IMG/VR virus record: IMGVR_UViG_3300024999_000036
Direction: 5' to 3' (one strand)
Length of the DNA stretch: 64,000 bases
DNA from: an uncultured virus (IMG/VR IMGVR_UViG_3300024999_000036)
Taxonomy: Duplodnaviria > Heunggongvirae > Uroviricota > Caudoviricetes
Shown here: piece after piece, positions 52,779 through 62,969 of the stretch
Numbering within the stretch: the first letter of the stretch is position 1
Layout: every line of letters begins with the position of its first letter
Made by a program: the position numbers and the translations under genes
Notes under the pieces: model-generated
Database searches by the model: none
Told to the model about the DNA's origin: nothing
The model's input: only the letters and a program-made list of their open reading frames with translations

Positions 52779-53147
52779 ATGAGTTTAAAAGAATTTATTG
52801 AATTTCTTGAAGAGGAAGAAGAATTATTAGATGAATACGAAGAAGAACAAATAGAAGATTATCTATATAATTTTAATAAAGATGATTTAATTGAATTGGC
52901 AAATAAATTAGAAGTTAAATATGATGATTCTGAAGATTTATCAAAAGATGATTTAATATATAAAATAATTAATTCTGAAGATGAAGATGAAATAAAAGAC
53001 ATTTGTGAAGATTTATTTAATTATAGTTATGATGATTTTATAACTGATAACGCATGGCGACATAGTAATTATGAATCAAAAGATATTAATGATTGGGATG
53101 TAGATGATCATTTAGCTGCTTGGTTTGATCATATGATGGAAAAATAA
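52779..53147 (+). CDS. acidic protein with Rho-N/HeH-like motif
   Basis: KDDLIELANKLEV....LSKDDLI..I. Confidence 0.6.
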   Translation: MSLKEFIEFLEEEEELLDEYEEEQIEDYLYNFNKDDLIELANKLEVKYDDSEDLSKDDLIYKIINSEDEDEIKDICEDLFNYSYDDFITDNAWRHSNYESKDINDWDVDDHLAAWFDHMMEK

Positions 53148-53177
53148 ATAATAAAATATTAAAGGAGGAAATGTTAT

Positions 53178-55931
53178 TTGGCAAAATATCCACCACAAAG
53201 ATTTATATATAAAATCAATTCTACTAGATTAAGAAAATCAAAATGGAATTTAAATATTAATGTTGATGAAGCATCTGACAAAAATGAATTGGTTTCTTTA
53301 GCAGAAAGTGAATTAATTAGATTTATAGATATTATAAATAAAGTTAATACTAAATCTATATATAAAAAAGTTAATAATGTCTACAAAGATATAAATAAGA
53401 TAAAAAAATTATCTACTTCTATTGAAAATCGTAGAAAAATTAAATCATTGTATAATAAAAAATATGATTTATTATTGATAAAGGATTATGTTTGTATAGT
53501 AATAGATAACAATAAAGATTTTGATAGAATGAATGGGAAAAAATTATTTTATATTAATGGAGTTAAATTTAAACATTTACTAGGTACTCCAGGAGGGGTA
53601 AAGAAATATACAATAACTTATGTCAGTGAAAATGTTTATGATGAATTAGAAAAAAGAATAGATAATGGAAGAAATATAAATAATAAATTTATACCAGCAA
53701 AACTAGAATCATATAAATCTTTAGTTGCTTCTTCTAGTATTCCTGTGTCAGATCCAAAAGGAATACTAGTTGTAAATGATTGTATAACAAATTTTAAAGC
53801 AAATGTAATTAAAATAGATGATACTAAGTCAGAATATCCTGATATTACATATGAAAAAGATTATCCTATTGAATTAAATGATAGTGATGGTTATGGCATT
53901 ATCTCTCCAGAATTAAGTAGAAGATGGGTAAAAGAAATTAATAATGATAAAAGCATAGATGAAGAAGATAAAGAATATTTTATACCTAGTGGATATTGTC
54001 TGCGTAATTCTTTCTGTAAGGGCATGGTTTTTACCTTTGATTTTTTTTCATTTTCTGAAATAATTGCAAATAATAAATACATAGTTAAAGATGTTTGGAA
54101 TGAAGATAGAGATATTAGAAATATAGAATTAATTTTAACAACCTCAATGCTAAAATTATGGGATTCCTATGATTCACTTGAACATTATTTATCATGTTGT
54201 AATAATAATGGATATTCATTTAGTATTACAAAACATACACCTGAAGTATTGGAAAATGAACGGCATACAAATTATCAGTTTATACAATCTTTATATTTAG
54301 ATGATGAAGGTATCGAACAGTTAATTAAACCAACAATAGAAGAAATACATGATATTATTAGTAAAGATTATGGAAAAAGCATTTTATTTCTTAAAGGTAT
54401 TCATTTAGATAGTATGAATTTTGAAAATGAAGAAAATGATTTTATTAAAGCATTAATGATTGATAAAAGAATGATAGATGATCCCTTTGTTAAAAATAAA
54501 ATACATAATATGATAAAGAAGAAAATTAAAGATGCTAAGATAGGGGTATTAAAGACAAAGGCAAACTATTCTATTGTATCAGGAGATCCATTTAGTTTGT
54601 GCCAAAGTATATTTGGAATTGAAGCAACAGGGTTATTAAAAGAAGGAGAATTTTATTCTAAATACTGGAATGATTTAAATGTAAATAAAGTCGCTTGTTT
54701 TCGTGCTCCTATGACTTGTCATAATAATATTAGAATATTAAATTTAATTAATACAGATAAAGTTAATTATTGGTATAAGTATATGAAAACAGTTACAATC
54801 TTTAATTCTTGGGACACTACTGCTCATGCTCTAAATGGTCTCGATAAAGATGCAGATGCAGTATTTACCACAAATAACAAATATATCCTTAATTCTATTA
54901 AACCAACAGATGCAATATTTTGTGTACAGAAAACAGCAGATAAAATAATTCCTGAGAAAAAAGATTTTATAAAGTCAAATAAAGACGGTTTTGGTGATGA
55001 TATAGGAGTAACAACTAATCATATTACTTCTATGTTTGATGTATTAGCAAAATTTAAAGAAGGTAGTTTAGAATATAATACTGTATTAGATAGAATTATG
55101 TGTGGACAAAATTATCAGCAAAATGCGATAGATAAAATTAAAGGCATTGTTAGTAAAAAAATACCTAAAGAATGGTATGACTATCGTTCTGTTATCAGTG
55201 ATTTTGATAAAAGTATTGTAGCAAATAAAAAACCTTATTTTTTTAATTATATATATCCGTATAGAAAAAAAGTATATGATAGATATATAAGTCAAACAAA
55301 AAGTAATTGTCTTATGAGATTTGGATTAACGATAGATGAATTAATTGCTTTAGAAGATAAAACAAAAGAACAAGAAGATTTTATTAAATATTATTATTTA
55401 AAAATGCCAGTATCATTAAGTAAATCTGTAATGAATAGAATTTGTTGGAAAATTGAAGAAGAATTTGATAATTATAATTTAAATAATAGTGGTAATAGTA
55501 ACTTTGATTATTCAATATTAATGACTAATGTTAAGTATTCTAAAGGTAGATATGATGCTATTAATAAATTGTATCATGATTATATTGAAAAAACACAACA
55601 ATATTCTCAAAATATTAAAAGTAAAAGAATTGATAAAGAAGAAAGTAAGATACATAGAACAATTTTAAAAAATAGTTTTAAGAAAAAAGCATATGAGTTA
55701 TGTAGCAATACAGAAGAATTGTGTAATATTGTAATTAGTATTTGCTATAAAAATAATAACTCAAAACAATTTGCATGGGATATTTGCGGAGATGAAATTA
55801 TTAATAATTTATTAAAGAATAATAATTACAAAGTATCATACCCTATTATAAAAACAGATGGAAACATTGAGTTTGGTGGTAATAAATTTTCTATGATTAT
55901 GGAGGATATTAATGAAGATAATATTGAATGA
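53178..55931 (+). CDS. yonO: YonO-like single-subunit (double-psi beta-barrel) RNA polymerase
   Basis: 917 aa; DGYG, R..F.KG, NYQF.Q, FRAP, catalytic GLDKDAD, DIG..TN, Q..ID..KG. Confidence 0.85.
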   Translation: MAKYPPQRFIYKINSTRLRKSKWNLNINVDEASDKNELVSLAESELIRFIDIINKVNTKSIYKKVNNVYKDINKIKKLSTSIENRRKIKSLYNKKYDLLLIKDYVCIVIDNNKDFDRMNGKKLFYINGVKFKHLLGTPGGVKKYTITYVSENVYDELEKRIDNGRNINNKFIPAKLESYKSLVASSSIPVSDPKGILVVNDCITNFKANVIKIDDTKSEYPDITYEKDYPIELNDSDGYGIISPELSRRWVKEINNDKSIDEEDKEYFIPSGYCLRNSFCKGMVFTFDFFSFSEIIANNKYIVKDVWNEDRDIRNIELILTTSMLKLWDSYDSLEHYLSCCNNNGYSFSITKHTPEVLENERHTNYQFIQSLYLDDEGIEQLIKPTIEEIHDIISKDYGKSILFLKGIHLDSMNFENEENDFIKALMIDKRMIDDPFVKNKIHNMIKKKIKDAKIGVLKTKANYSIVSGDPFSLCQSIFGIEATGLLKEGEFYSKYWNDLNVNKVACFRAPMTCHNNIRILNLINTDKVNYWYKYMKTVTIFNSWDTTAHALNGLDKDADAVFTTNNKYILNSIKPTDAIFCVQKTADKIIPEKKDFIKSNKDGFGDDIGVTTNHITSMFDVLAKFKEGSLEYNTVLDRIMCGQNYQQNAIDKIKGIVSKKIPKEWYDYRSVISDFDKSIVANKKPYFFNYIYPYRKKVYDRYISQTKSNCLMRFGLTIDELIALEDKTKEQEDFIKYYYLKMPVSLSKSVMNRICWKIEEEFDNYNLNNSGNSNFDYSILMTNVKYSKGRYDAINKLYHDYIEKTQQYSQNIKSKRIDKEESKIHRTILKNSFKKKAYELCSNTEELCNIVISICYKNNNSKQFAWDICGDEIINNLLKNNNYKVSYPIIKTDGNIEFGGNKFSMIMEDINEDNIE

Positions 55932-56682
55932 GAAAGCATTATTAAATAAATCATTAAATGATGGATATATTGATAAAAAACCAAGTATTACAATAAAGTT
56001 ATTAGTAAAACATTTTTTTAAAATTGGTCAAAATAAAGAACAGGTTATTGATTCTATTGATAATTTTATGTCAAAATATCATAAAAAATATAATTTTATG
56101 GATTGGAAAGATACTATAAAAAGAATTATATATCAAGTTAGTAAATTAGAGGAGATCGAATTTGTTGATATAAATAATATAATTATTTATAAAAATGAAT
56201 TAGATGTAATTAAAGATATTAATAATTTAAGATTAGAAAAATTAGCATTTGTTTTACTTGTTTATTCAAAAATATATAATAAAATTAATAAGAATAAAAC
56301 TAACTGGGTTAATTCTAGTTTAAAAGATATTTATAGTGATACTAAAATGACAATAAGTAAAAAAGACCAAACTTTAATGATTAATAAATTAAGTGACATG
56401 GGATTATTAGAAGTATCAAGAATAGTTGATTGTACTAATATAAAAGTTTTATTTACTAAGAAAGAAGGAGAAATTGCCATTGGAATTTGTGATTTTAGAG
56501 ATTTTGTTTTAGAATATTTAGATTGGAAAGGTTTTAAGATAGGTATTTGTGAAAATAGTATTTGTCGTAGATTAATTATGGTGAAAAATAATCATCAAAA
56601 ATTCTGCCCTATTTGTTGGAAGGAAAAAGAACGTGAATTATGGAGAGAAAATAAAAGAAAACATAGAAATGTCCAAGTTTAG
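55912..56682 (+). CDS. conserved protein coupled to the RNAP gene (wHTH-like plus C-terminal Zn ribbon)
   Basis: 20-nt overlap with RNAP gene; C-x4-C...CxxC. Confidence 0.7.
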   Translation: MKIILNEKALLNKSLNDGYIDKKPSITIKLLVKHFFKIGQNKEQVIDSIDNFMSKYHKKYNFMDWKDTIKRIIYQVSKLEEIEFVDINNIIIYKNELDVIKDINNLRLEKLAFVLLVYSKIYNKINKNKTNWVNSSLKDIYSDTKMTISKKDQTLMINKLSDMGLLEVSRIVDCTNIKVLFTKKEGEIAIGICDFRDFVLEYLDWKGFKIGICENSICRRLIMVKNNHQKFCPICWKEKERELWRENKRKHRNVQV

Positions 56683-56911
56683 AAAACAGCAATAAACCAT
56701 TATAAATAAAGAGTTTTATAGATATGTGCAAGAAAAATCTAATGTGAATACATATTGAATTGCGGTGGTTGTCTTCGGACTACACCTAGAGAGTTTGGAT
56801 GCGTCCTACTCTCTTTTTTAATTTTCTACATATCGTGAGAATTAATCAATAAAGTCACTACATATCGTATGGCAAATTTAAAATTTTAACAAAAGGAGAA
56901 TCTACTAAAAA

Positions 56912-57112
56912 TTGAAACAAGTTACGAAACAAGAACTAAACTTATTAATTTCTAAAAATATCTTAAAAATGGAAGGTGGGCAGTATCCAGATTTATGTAT
57001 CGTTGGAAAACAGAAAAAATCAAGAAGAAGAAAATATTTTGTACCTGAGAAATATCTTTATAAATTATATGGTAAAGGATCAGATGAAAATGAATTAAAT
57101 ATTGAGGAATAA
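56912..57112 (+). CDS. hypothetical basic protein
   Basis: AAGGAG RBS; TTG start. Confidence 0.6.
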   Translation: MKQVTKQELNLLISKNILKMEGGQYPDLCIVGKQKKSRRRKYFVPEKYLYKLYGKGSDENELNIEE

Positions 57113-57171
57113 GATAATTAGTGCAACAAAAATTTTCCGCAAAGGATTGATTAATATGATGAGTGAATCAT

Positions 57172-58596
57172 ATGGGTAAAAAGAAAAAATCGAAAATTAA
57201 GATTTCATTTGTTGGTAATAACGCAATTAATGTAACTGGTTCTATGATTTTAATAGAAACTGAATATAATAATATCCTATTAGAATGTGGATTAATACAA
57301 AGTTCAAACTCAATCAAAGATTATAAAGATAACGCAAAGCACTTTCCTTTTAAACCAAAAACTATTGATTATTTATTCATTAATCATGTTCATACAGATC
57401 ACATGGCATTAACACCTAAATTAGTTAGAGATGGTTTTAAAGGAAAAATAATAACTACAGAAATAACATCTAAATTAGCAAAACCAATGCTAAAAGATTC
57501 TGCCAATATTATTAGAAAAGATGCTGAGTATATATCTAAAAAACGTGGTGTGAAATTTGAACCTTTTTACAATGAAGATGATGTTTATAATACTTTAAAT
57601 TTAATAGAAACTTATGATTATGGAATTATACATAAACTTGATGAAAATACAAGTTTTAAATTTTTACATAATTCACATATAATTGGAGCATGTCAATTAG
57701 AATTATTTTTAAAAACAAGTACAGGACATATTGAGAAAATATTTTATACTTCTGATTTAAAAGGTAATCAAAATAAAAATTATTATGTAGAAGATACTGA
57801 GTATTGCAGTAAAGCAAATATAGTAATTAGTGAATGTACATATGGTGCGGATGAAAAGAATATTAAAGTAAATAGAATAAAAGATTTAGAAAAAATAAAT
57901 ACGGTTGTCAATCAAGTGTGTTTAATGGATAAAGGGAGAATATTAATTCCTGTATTCTCTTTATCTAGATCACAGCAATTATTAACTGATTTATATATGT
58001 TATTTGGTGAAGATAAAGATTTTAAAATTCCTATAATAATTGATTCACCTTTGATTTGGGAAATAACAAAAGTATATAAGGATACTTTGCAAGGTGAACA
58101 TAAGGAATTATTTGATAAAGTTTGTAATTGGGAAAATGTAAGGTTTATTAAAGATTATAATGAGAGTAAATTAAGTGTTGGTGATAAATTTCCTAAGATC
58201 GTATTAAGTAGTAGTGGATTTTTATTAAAAGGAAGAAGTGTTAATTATTTAAAAGAATTTATATCTGATATTAAATGTCATATTATTACAGTTGGATATT
58301 CACCTGAAGGTAGTATCGCTTTTAAGATTAAGAATGGACAAAAATTTATTACTATTGAGGGAAAAAGTTATAAAAATAAATGTGGTATTACTGTGTTGAA
58401 TAGTTTTTCTTCCCATATTGGACAGATTGAATTATTAAATTATTTAAAAGGAATTAATTGTGATAAGATTTATCTTGTACATTCGGAAGAGAAAAGTAAA
58501 TTGAGAATGAAAGAATTATTAGAAGAAGAAATAAGTAAAATGTGTAAAAGTACAAGGGTTATTTGTACTAATAAAAATTGTGTTTGTAGTTTATAA
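57172..58596 (+). CDS. MBL-fold beta-CASP metallo-hydrolase (RNase J/CPSF-like)
   Basis: VTGS, HVHTDH, HIIG, ECTYG, IPVFSL.R.Q, DSPL, FSSH, VH.E. Confidence 0.88.
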   Translation: MGKKKKSKIKISFVGNNAINVTGSMILIETEYNNILLECGLIQSSNSIKDYKDNAKHFPFKPKTIDYLFINHVHTDHMALTPKLVRDGFKGKIITTEITSKLAKPMLKDSANIIRKDAEYISKKRGVKFEPFYNEDDVYNTLNLIETYDYGIIHKLDENTSFKFLHNSHIIGACQLELFLKTSTGHIEKIFYTSDLKGNQNKNYYVEDTEYCSKANIVISECTYGADEKNIKVNRIKDLEKINTVVNQVCLMDKGRILIPVFSLSRSQQLLTDLYMLFGEDKDFKIPIIIDSPLIWEITKVYKDTLQGEHKELFDKVCNWENVRFIKDYNESKLSVGDKFPKIVLSSSGFLLKGRSVNYLKEFISDIKCHIITVGYSPEGSIAFKIKNGQKFITIEGKSYKNKCGITVLNSFSSHIGQIELLNYLKGINCDKIYLVHSEEKSKLRMKELLEEEISKMCKSTRVICTNKNCVCSL

Positions 58597-58666
58597 ATTG
58601 GTCGATTATGGGTAATAGGATTAATTTACTCTACCCTATTTTTAAATTTATTCTTCGGAGGAATAA

Positions 58667-60019
58667 ATGGAATTTAAACGTAAAGAAAATGAATGTTTTC
58701 TTAGCTATGCAGAAAGATTATTAGTAAATAAAAAAGAGTATGATTTAGATAAAGTAGAAATTTATGAATTATTATACGCAAATCAAGTATCTTCAGATCA
58801 TGCACGTAAATGTCTAACTAACCTACAAATGACTATTGATGAACAAAAGAAATGTAATATAGTTAATCAGATATGTGATAATATTACTGAAAATAGTAAT
58901 AAAAAAGACAATAAAAATTTAGAAAATGAAGTATTGAATTCAAAATCTACTATTGAGTTAAATAAAGATAATACACAAACTAGTGAAAAATTAATTCAAA
59001 TGTCAGAACAAGATGCTAAAGATGTTAATTTTCTTTTAAAATCTCATGGTTATGATTCTAAAGTTTGGGAGTTGGTTTCTGCTAGAAATAATATATGGAA
59101 TAGTTATAGTAAAAAAGATGGTATTTTAACATTGTATTCTAGTAAGATTACGGTTAAACCTAAGACAACTAAATTTAATCCTATTTGGATTAAAGAAACA
59201 TTAGAAAATCTTGATTTAGATAGTCCAGTTATTTATATAAAACCATACAATATTTCAGGTAAAACATTAGAAATTAATCTTGCAGATGTACATATTGATA
59301 AACTTTGTAATATTGATGAAACAAGAAATGAATATTCTACGGAAATAGGTTTACAAAGATTATGGCAGGTAATATTTGATATTATAGAAAAAACTAAATT
59401 TTATGAAATTAAGAAAATTATATTCCCATTTGGTCAAGATATAGCGAATATTGATAATATGTTCAATACAACTACTAAAGGCACACCACAAGATACTGAT
59501 GTTAAATATGATGTACTATATAAATCTTTATTGAAAAATATTATTAAAATTATACATAAACTTTCTGAAATTGCTCCTGTTGAAATTATATATGTCGGAG
59601 GAAATCACGACAAATTAACTTCATTTACTATGACAGAAGCAATGTATTGGCATTTTATAAATAATGATAATGTTGAAGTAGATTCTATTTATAATAATAG
59701 AAAGTATAGACTTATAGGTGATAATTTAGTAGGATTTGCTCATGGTGCAGATGAACGTAAAAATATAATTTATTGTATGCAAAATGATGTTCCTGAATTA
59801 TGGGGTAAAGCAAAATATAGGGAATTTCATTTATCTCATTTTCATAAAGAAAAAATGATAGATGAACAAAATGGCATTATATTTAGATGGATAAGTGCAA
59901 TTTGTGGGAATGATGCTTGGACTTATAATAGTGGATATGTTGGAAGTCAAAAGAAAGCACAAGCATTTATTTGGGATGATAATAAAGGATTAGAATGTAT
60001 TATTAATAGTTATGTATAA
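58667..60019 (+). CDS. calcineurin-like metallophosphoesterase (YonJ-like)
   Basis: ADVH, GQD, GNHD, HG, HFH. Confidence 0.8.
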   Translation: MEFKRKENECFLSYAERLLVNKKEYDLDKVEIYELLYANQVSSDHARKCLTNLQMTIDEQKKCNIVNQICDNITENSNKKDNKNLENEVLNSKSTIELNKDNTQTSEKLIQMSEQDAKDVNFLLKSHGYDSKVWELVSARNNIWNSYSKKDGILTLYSSKITVKPKTTKFNPIWIKETLENLDLDSPVIYIKPYNISGKTLEINLADVHIDKLCNIDETRNEYSTEIGLQRLWQVIFDIIEKTKFYEIKKIIFPFGQDIANIDNMFNTTTKGTPQDTDVKYDVLYKSLLKNIIKIIHKLSEIAPVEIIYVGGNHDKLTSFTMTEAMYWHFINNDNVEVDSIYNNRKYRLIGDNLVGFAHGADERKNIIYCMQNDVPELWGKAKYREFHLSHFHKEKMIDEQNGIIFRWISAICGNDAWTYNSGYVGSQKKAQAFIWDDNKGLECIINSYV

Positions 60020-60049
60020 AAATAATATTAACTGAAAGGTAATATAAAT

Positions 60050-60649
60050 ATGGAAATATTAACTCCAATAAATAAAATAGTAGAAGAAATTAAACTCAAT
60101 GCTTATATAAATGAACGGACAATATATTTAAATGATGATACTATTAATGAAGATACGGAATTTATTATCAATAGAATGTTTGAAAAAATAGTAGAAAGAG
60201 ATCAAAAAAGTGGCATAAATCCTAAAGATGCAGAACCTATAATATTAAAAATTTCAAGTTATGGTGGTTCAGTTTATGCAACTTTAAGTATTATTTCTAC
60301 TATTGAAACACTTAAAGATATGGGATATAGAATTATTGGTAAAGCATATGGAATAATTTTTTCTGGTGCTTTTAAAATTTTCATCTCTTGTTCTGAACGT
60401 ATTTGTCAGAGACATACAAGATTTTTGTATCATCAGGTGCAATCTTATGAATTAGGCAATACATCAGTAGAACAATCTAAGAGAAAATTAAAAGATTTAG
60501 AGGAATTATGGCGTAGGTGTCAAGATGTTATTTTAAAATATACTAATATTACTCAAGAAACACTTGATAGTATTACAGAACATGATTTAGATGTTTCTCT
60601 TTGGCCTGAAGAAGCAATGATTCTTGGATGTATTGATAAAATTATATAA
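60050..60649 (+). CDS. ClpP-like protease
   Basis: I.L.ISSYGGSV, FSGA (Ser), FLYHQ (His), EA..LG.IDKI. Confidence 0.85.
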   Translation: MEILTPINKIVEEIKLNAYINERTIYLNDDTINEDTEFIINRMFEKIVERDQKSGINPKDAEPIILKISSYGGSVYATLSIISTIETLKDMGYRIIGKAYGIIFSGAFKIFISCSERICQRHTRFLYHQVQSYELGNTSVEQSKRKLKDLEELWRRCQDVILKYTNITQETLDSITEHDLDVSLWPEEAMILGCIDKII

Positions 60650-60667
60650 ATAGGAGTAAAAAATATT

Positions 60668-61033
60668 ATGAATAATAATAACAATAAAACAAATACAATT
60701 TCACAAGAACAAGAAATATTATCTTCTGTTTCCTCTACTTCAGAAACAATTTTATTCTTCGAACCATTAGAAATTAGCACAGATAATCTAGTAGAAGATA
60801 CTAATATCCAATTAGATAATAATGAATTCATAAAAGGATTAAAAGATGCTTCATATTATTCTGGTTTTTATACAGGACTTATTAACTCAGGATTATCAAT
60901 GGATGATTCAGTGACACTCATTCTAAATAAAATGAATGTTGATCATAGTATACAAATTACAACTATAAATTCTAATGCTAGTATTGAATGTTCTAAAAAT
61001 GCAACATTGATTAAAGAGAAAGATATGTTGTAG
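60668..61033 (+). CDS. hypothetical protein
   Basis: AGGAG RBS. Confidence 0.7.
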   Translation: MNNNNNKTNTISQEQEILSSVSSTSETILFFEPLEISTDNLVEDTNIQLDNNEFIKGLKDASYYSGFYTGLINSGLSMDDSVTLILNKMNVDHSIQITTINSNASIECSKNATLIKEKDML

Positions 61034-61115
61034 TTAATATAAAATACTAAATCAATAAAATACTAAAATAATAATAATTAAAATAAATTTACATATTAAA
61101 AGGAGAAATTTAAAC

Positions 61116-61929
61116 ATGCAATTAACAACCAAACATTATTATGATGATGAAACTTTTGAAAATGTAAAAAAATAAATTCTATATTGATGGAGAAGAATGT
61201 GACTTTGAAGTATATATGGATTTTATTAATGGGTTAGATGAATATAACGAAGATGTGATTAAAATTAGTGAAAGTCCTTATGAATATAATGATACTGATG
61301 ATAAAGATGATTGTAAATGTGAAAAATGTTATGACCATGATAATTACTGTGAGAATGGTAAATGTAGTTGTAAGGATTGTAAGGATGAATGTTGTGAAGA
61401 ATGTGAAGATGATGATGAAAGAATTGAAGGATTTGACTATGGAGAGTTGTTGGATATTTTTGTAGGTAGGATTCAAGATACTGGTGGTGACTTCTATGAA
61501 ATTAGAGAAATTTTAGATGAGTTTGCGGATATATTCATTCCTGATTATGTTGATGATGAAGATTATAATTTTGAAGATGAGATAGATGATGAGTGTGAAT
61601 GTCAAGATTGTAATGAATGTGTTGATTGTGAAAATAAAAGAGAGTGTATGGAAAATAGTGTGATAGAAGAAATTGCAGATATGATTGAAAACAGTGATAT
61701 GTGTTCAAATTGTTTAAGAAGTACACTTTATGAATTATTTGTATTAGGTAAGAAGATTGGTTGGAGTGATTGTGAAAAGGAATTAGATGATGAAGATGTA
61801 ATAAAAGATGAAAATAATAAAGTTAATAATGTTACATATAATTTAAATATAAACTTAGATAGTATGAATGGTGATGAATTATTTAAACAGATAAATGACG
61901 GATTAAAGAAAATGAGTAGGAATATTTAA
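61116..61929 (+). CDS. acidic Cys-rich protein; 5' end frameshifted in an A7 run
   Basis: RBS and ATG at 61116; main ORF 61216-61929 is in the +1 frame. Confidence 0.6.
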
Positions 61930-62041
61930 TATTAATGTAGATTAAGTTCATCCTTAATATTATTTTTGAGGGTGAATTTTATTGTGCATTAAAATATGCA
62001 TAAATATGGGTGATGACCGACCATCGTGGAGGTAATATAAT

Positions 62042-62821
62042 ATGAACATTGGTACTGATAATTTTGTTACAAGATTAAAATGTTATGGTAAAAATGGATT
62101 GAATATTTGTTCTATGCCATCTGATAAGTTTCATAAAAAAGGTAAACCTTATATTGAATGTTTTGATTATTTTAAAGAAGATAATTATGGTTTTTCTGAA
62201 GAAACTAAGGAACAATTTATAATTGAAAAAAATTATGTAAATGAATACATAACAGATATGCATGAATTATATATCTTAGGGTTGGAATATTTATTGAAAA
62301 ATTGTAGACCTAATTCTTTTGTAGAAAATAATTTTTATGATGGTATTGTTTCCAATCTTAAACAAGAAGCAAGATATTTGAATGATATACTTGGATACCA
62401 TAGAAGGAAAGATAATACAAATGGATATATATCAACATTAAAATCTTTAAGAGAAACATTAGATTTGATTAAAAAATATGACTGGCAATTGATGTATTCT
62501 GAGTATGGGGTAGAAAATCATACTAGTATTATTAATGTTTATAATGATAATTTAGATATAGCAATATCTTCAGGTAAATCAAGAGATATAATTGATCATT
62601 TAATTAGAGAAAGAGATAGTGTTAAATTAGTTACTGAAATTGCAGTATGGGAACAGAATCATGAGGGAAATATTAGAAATCATAAAGTATGGAGAACTAA
62701 TATTCCTTATAATAAAGGAATTAGTATTAGAGATAAAGATGGATTTACTGCATTACATATTGGTAATGATGAATTAGTTATAAAAGGTGATACTTTGAGT
62801 ATTATGGATAAGAAAATATAA
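62042..62821 (+). CDS. hypothetical protein
   Basis: GGAGG RBS; 259 aa; terminator-like IR 62823-62877. Confidence 0.75.
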   Translation: MNIGTDNFVTRLKCYGKNGLNICSMPSDKFHKKGKPYIECFDYFKEDNYGFSEETKEQFIIEKNYVNEYITDMHELYILGLEYLLKNCRPNSFVENNFYDGIVSNLKQEARYLNDILGYHRRKDNTNGYISTLKSLRETLDLIKKYDWQLMYSEYGVENHTSIINVYNDNLDIAISSGKSRDIIDHLIRERDSVKLVTEIAVWEQNHEGNIRNHKVWRTNIPYNKGISIRDKDGFTALHIGNDELVIKGDTLSIMDKKI

Positions 62822-62969
62822 TTTTTGTAAGTTATAAGGACATCAATTTTATTGGTGTCTTTTTATATTTACAAAATAAAATGTAACCAAAGCAAGATTT
62901 TATTAAGTTTAGATAGTGTCTTACCACTAAAAATATTGGGTCATGTCCTACCATGAGAAGGAGGCAAAT

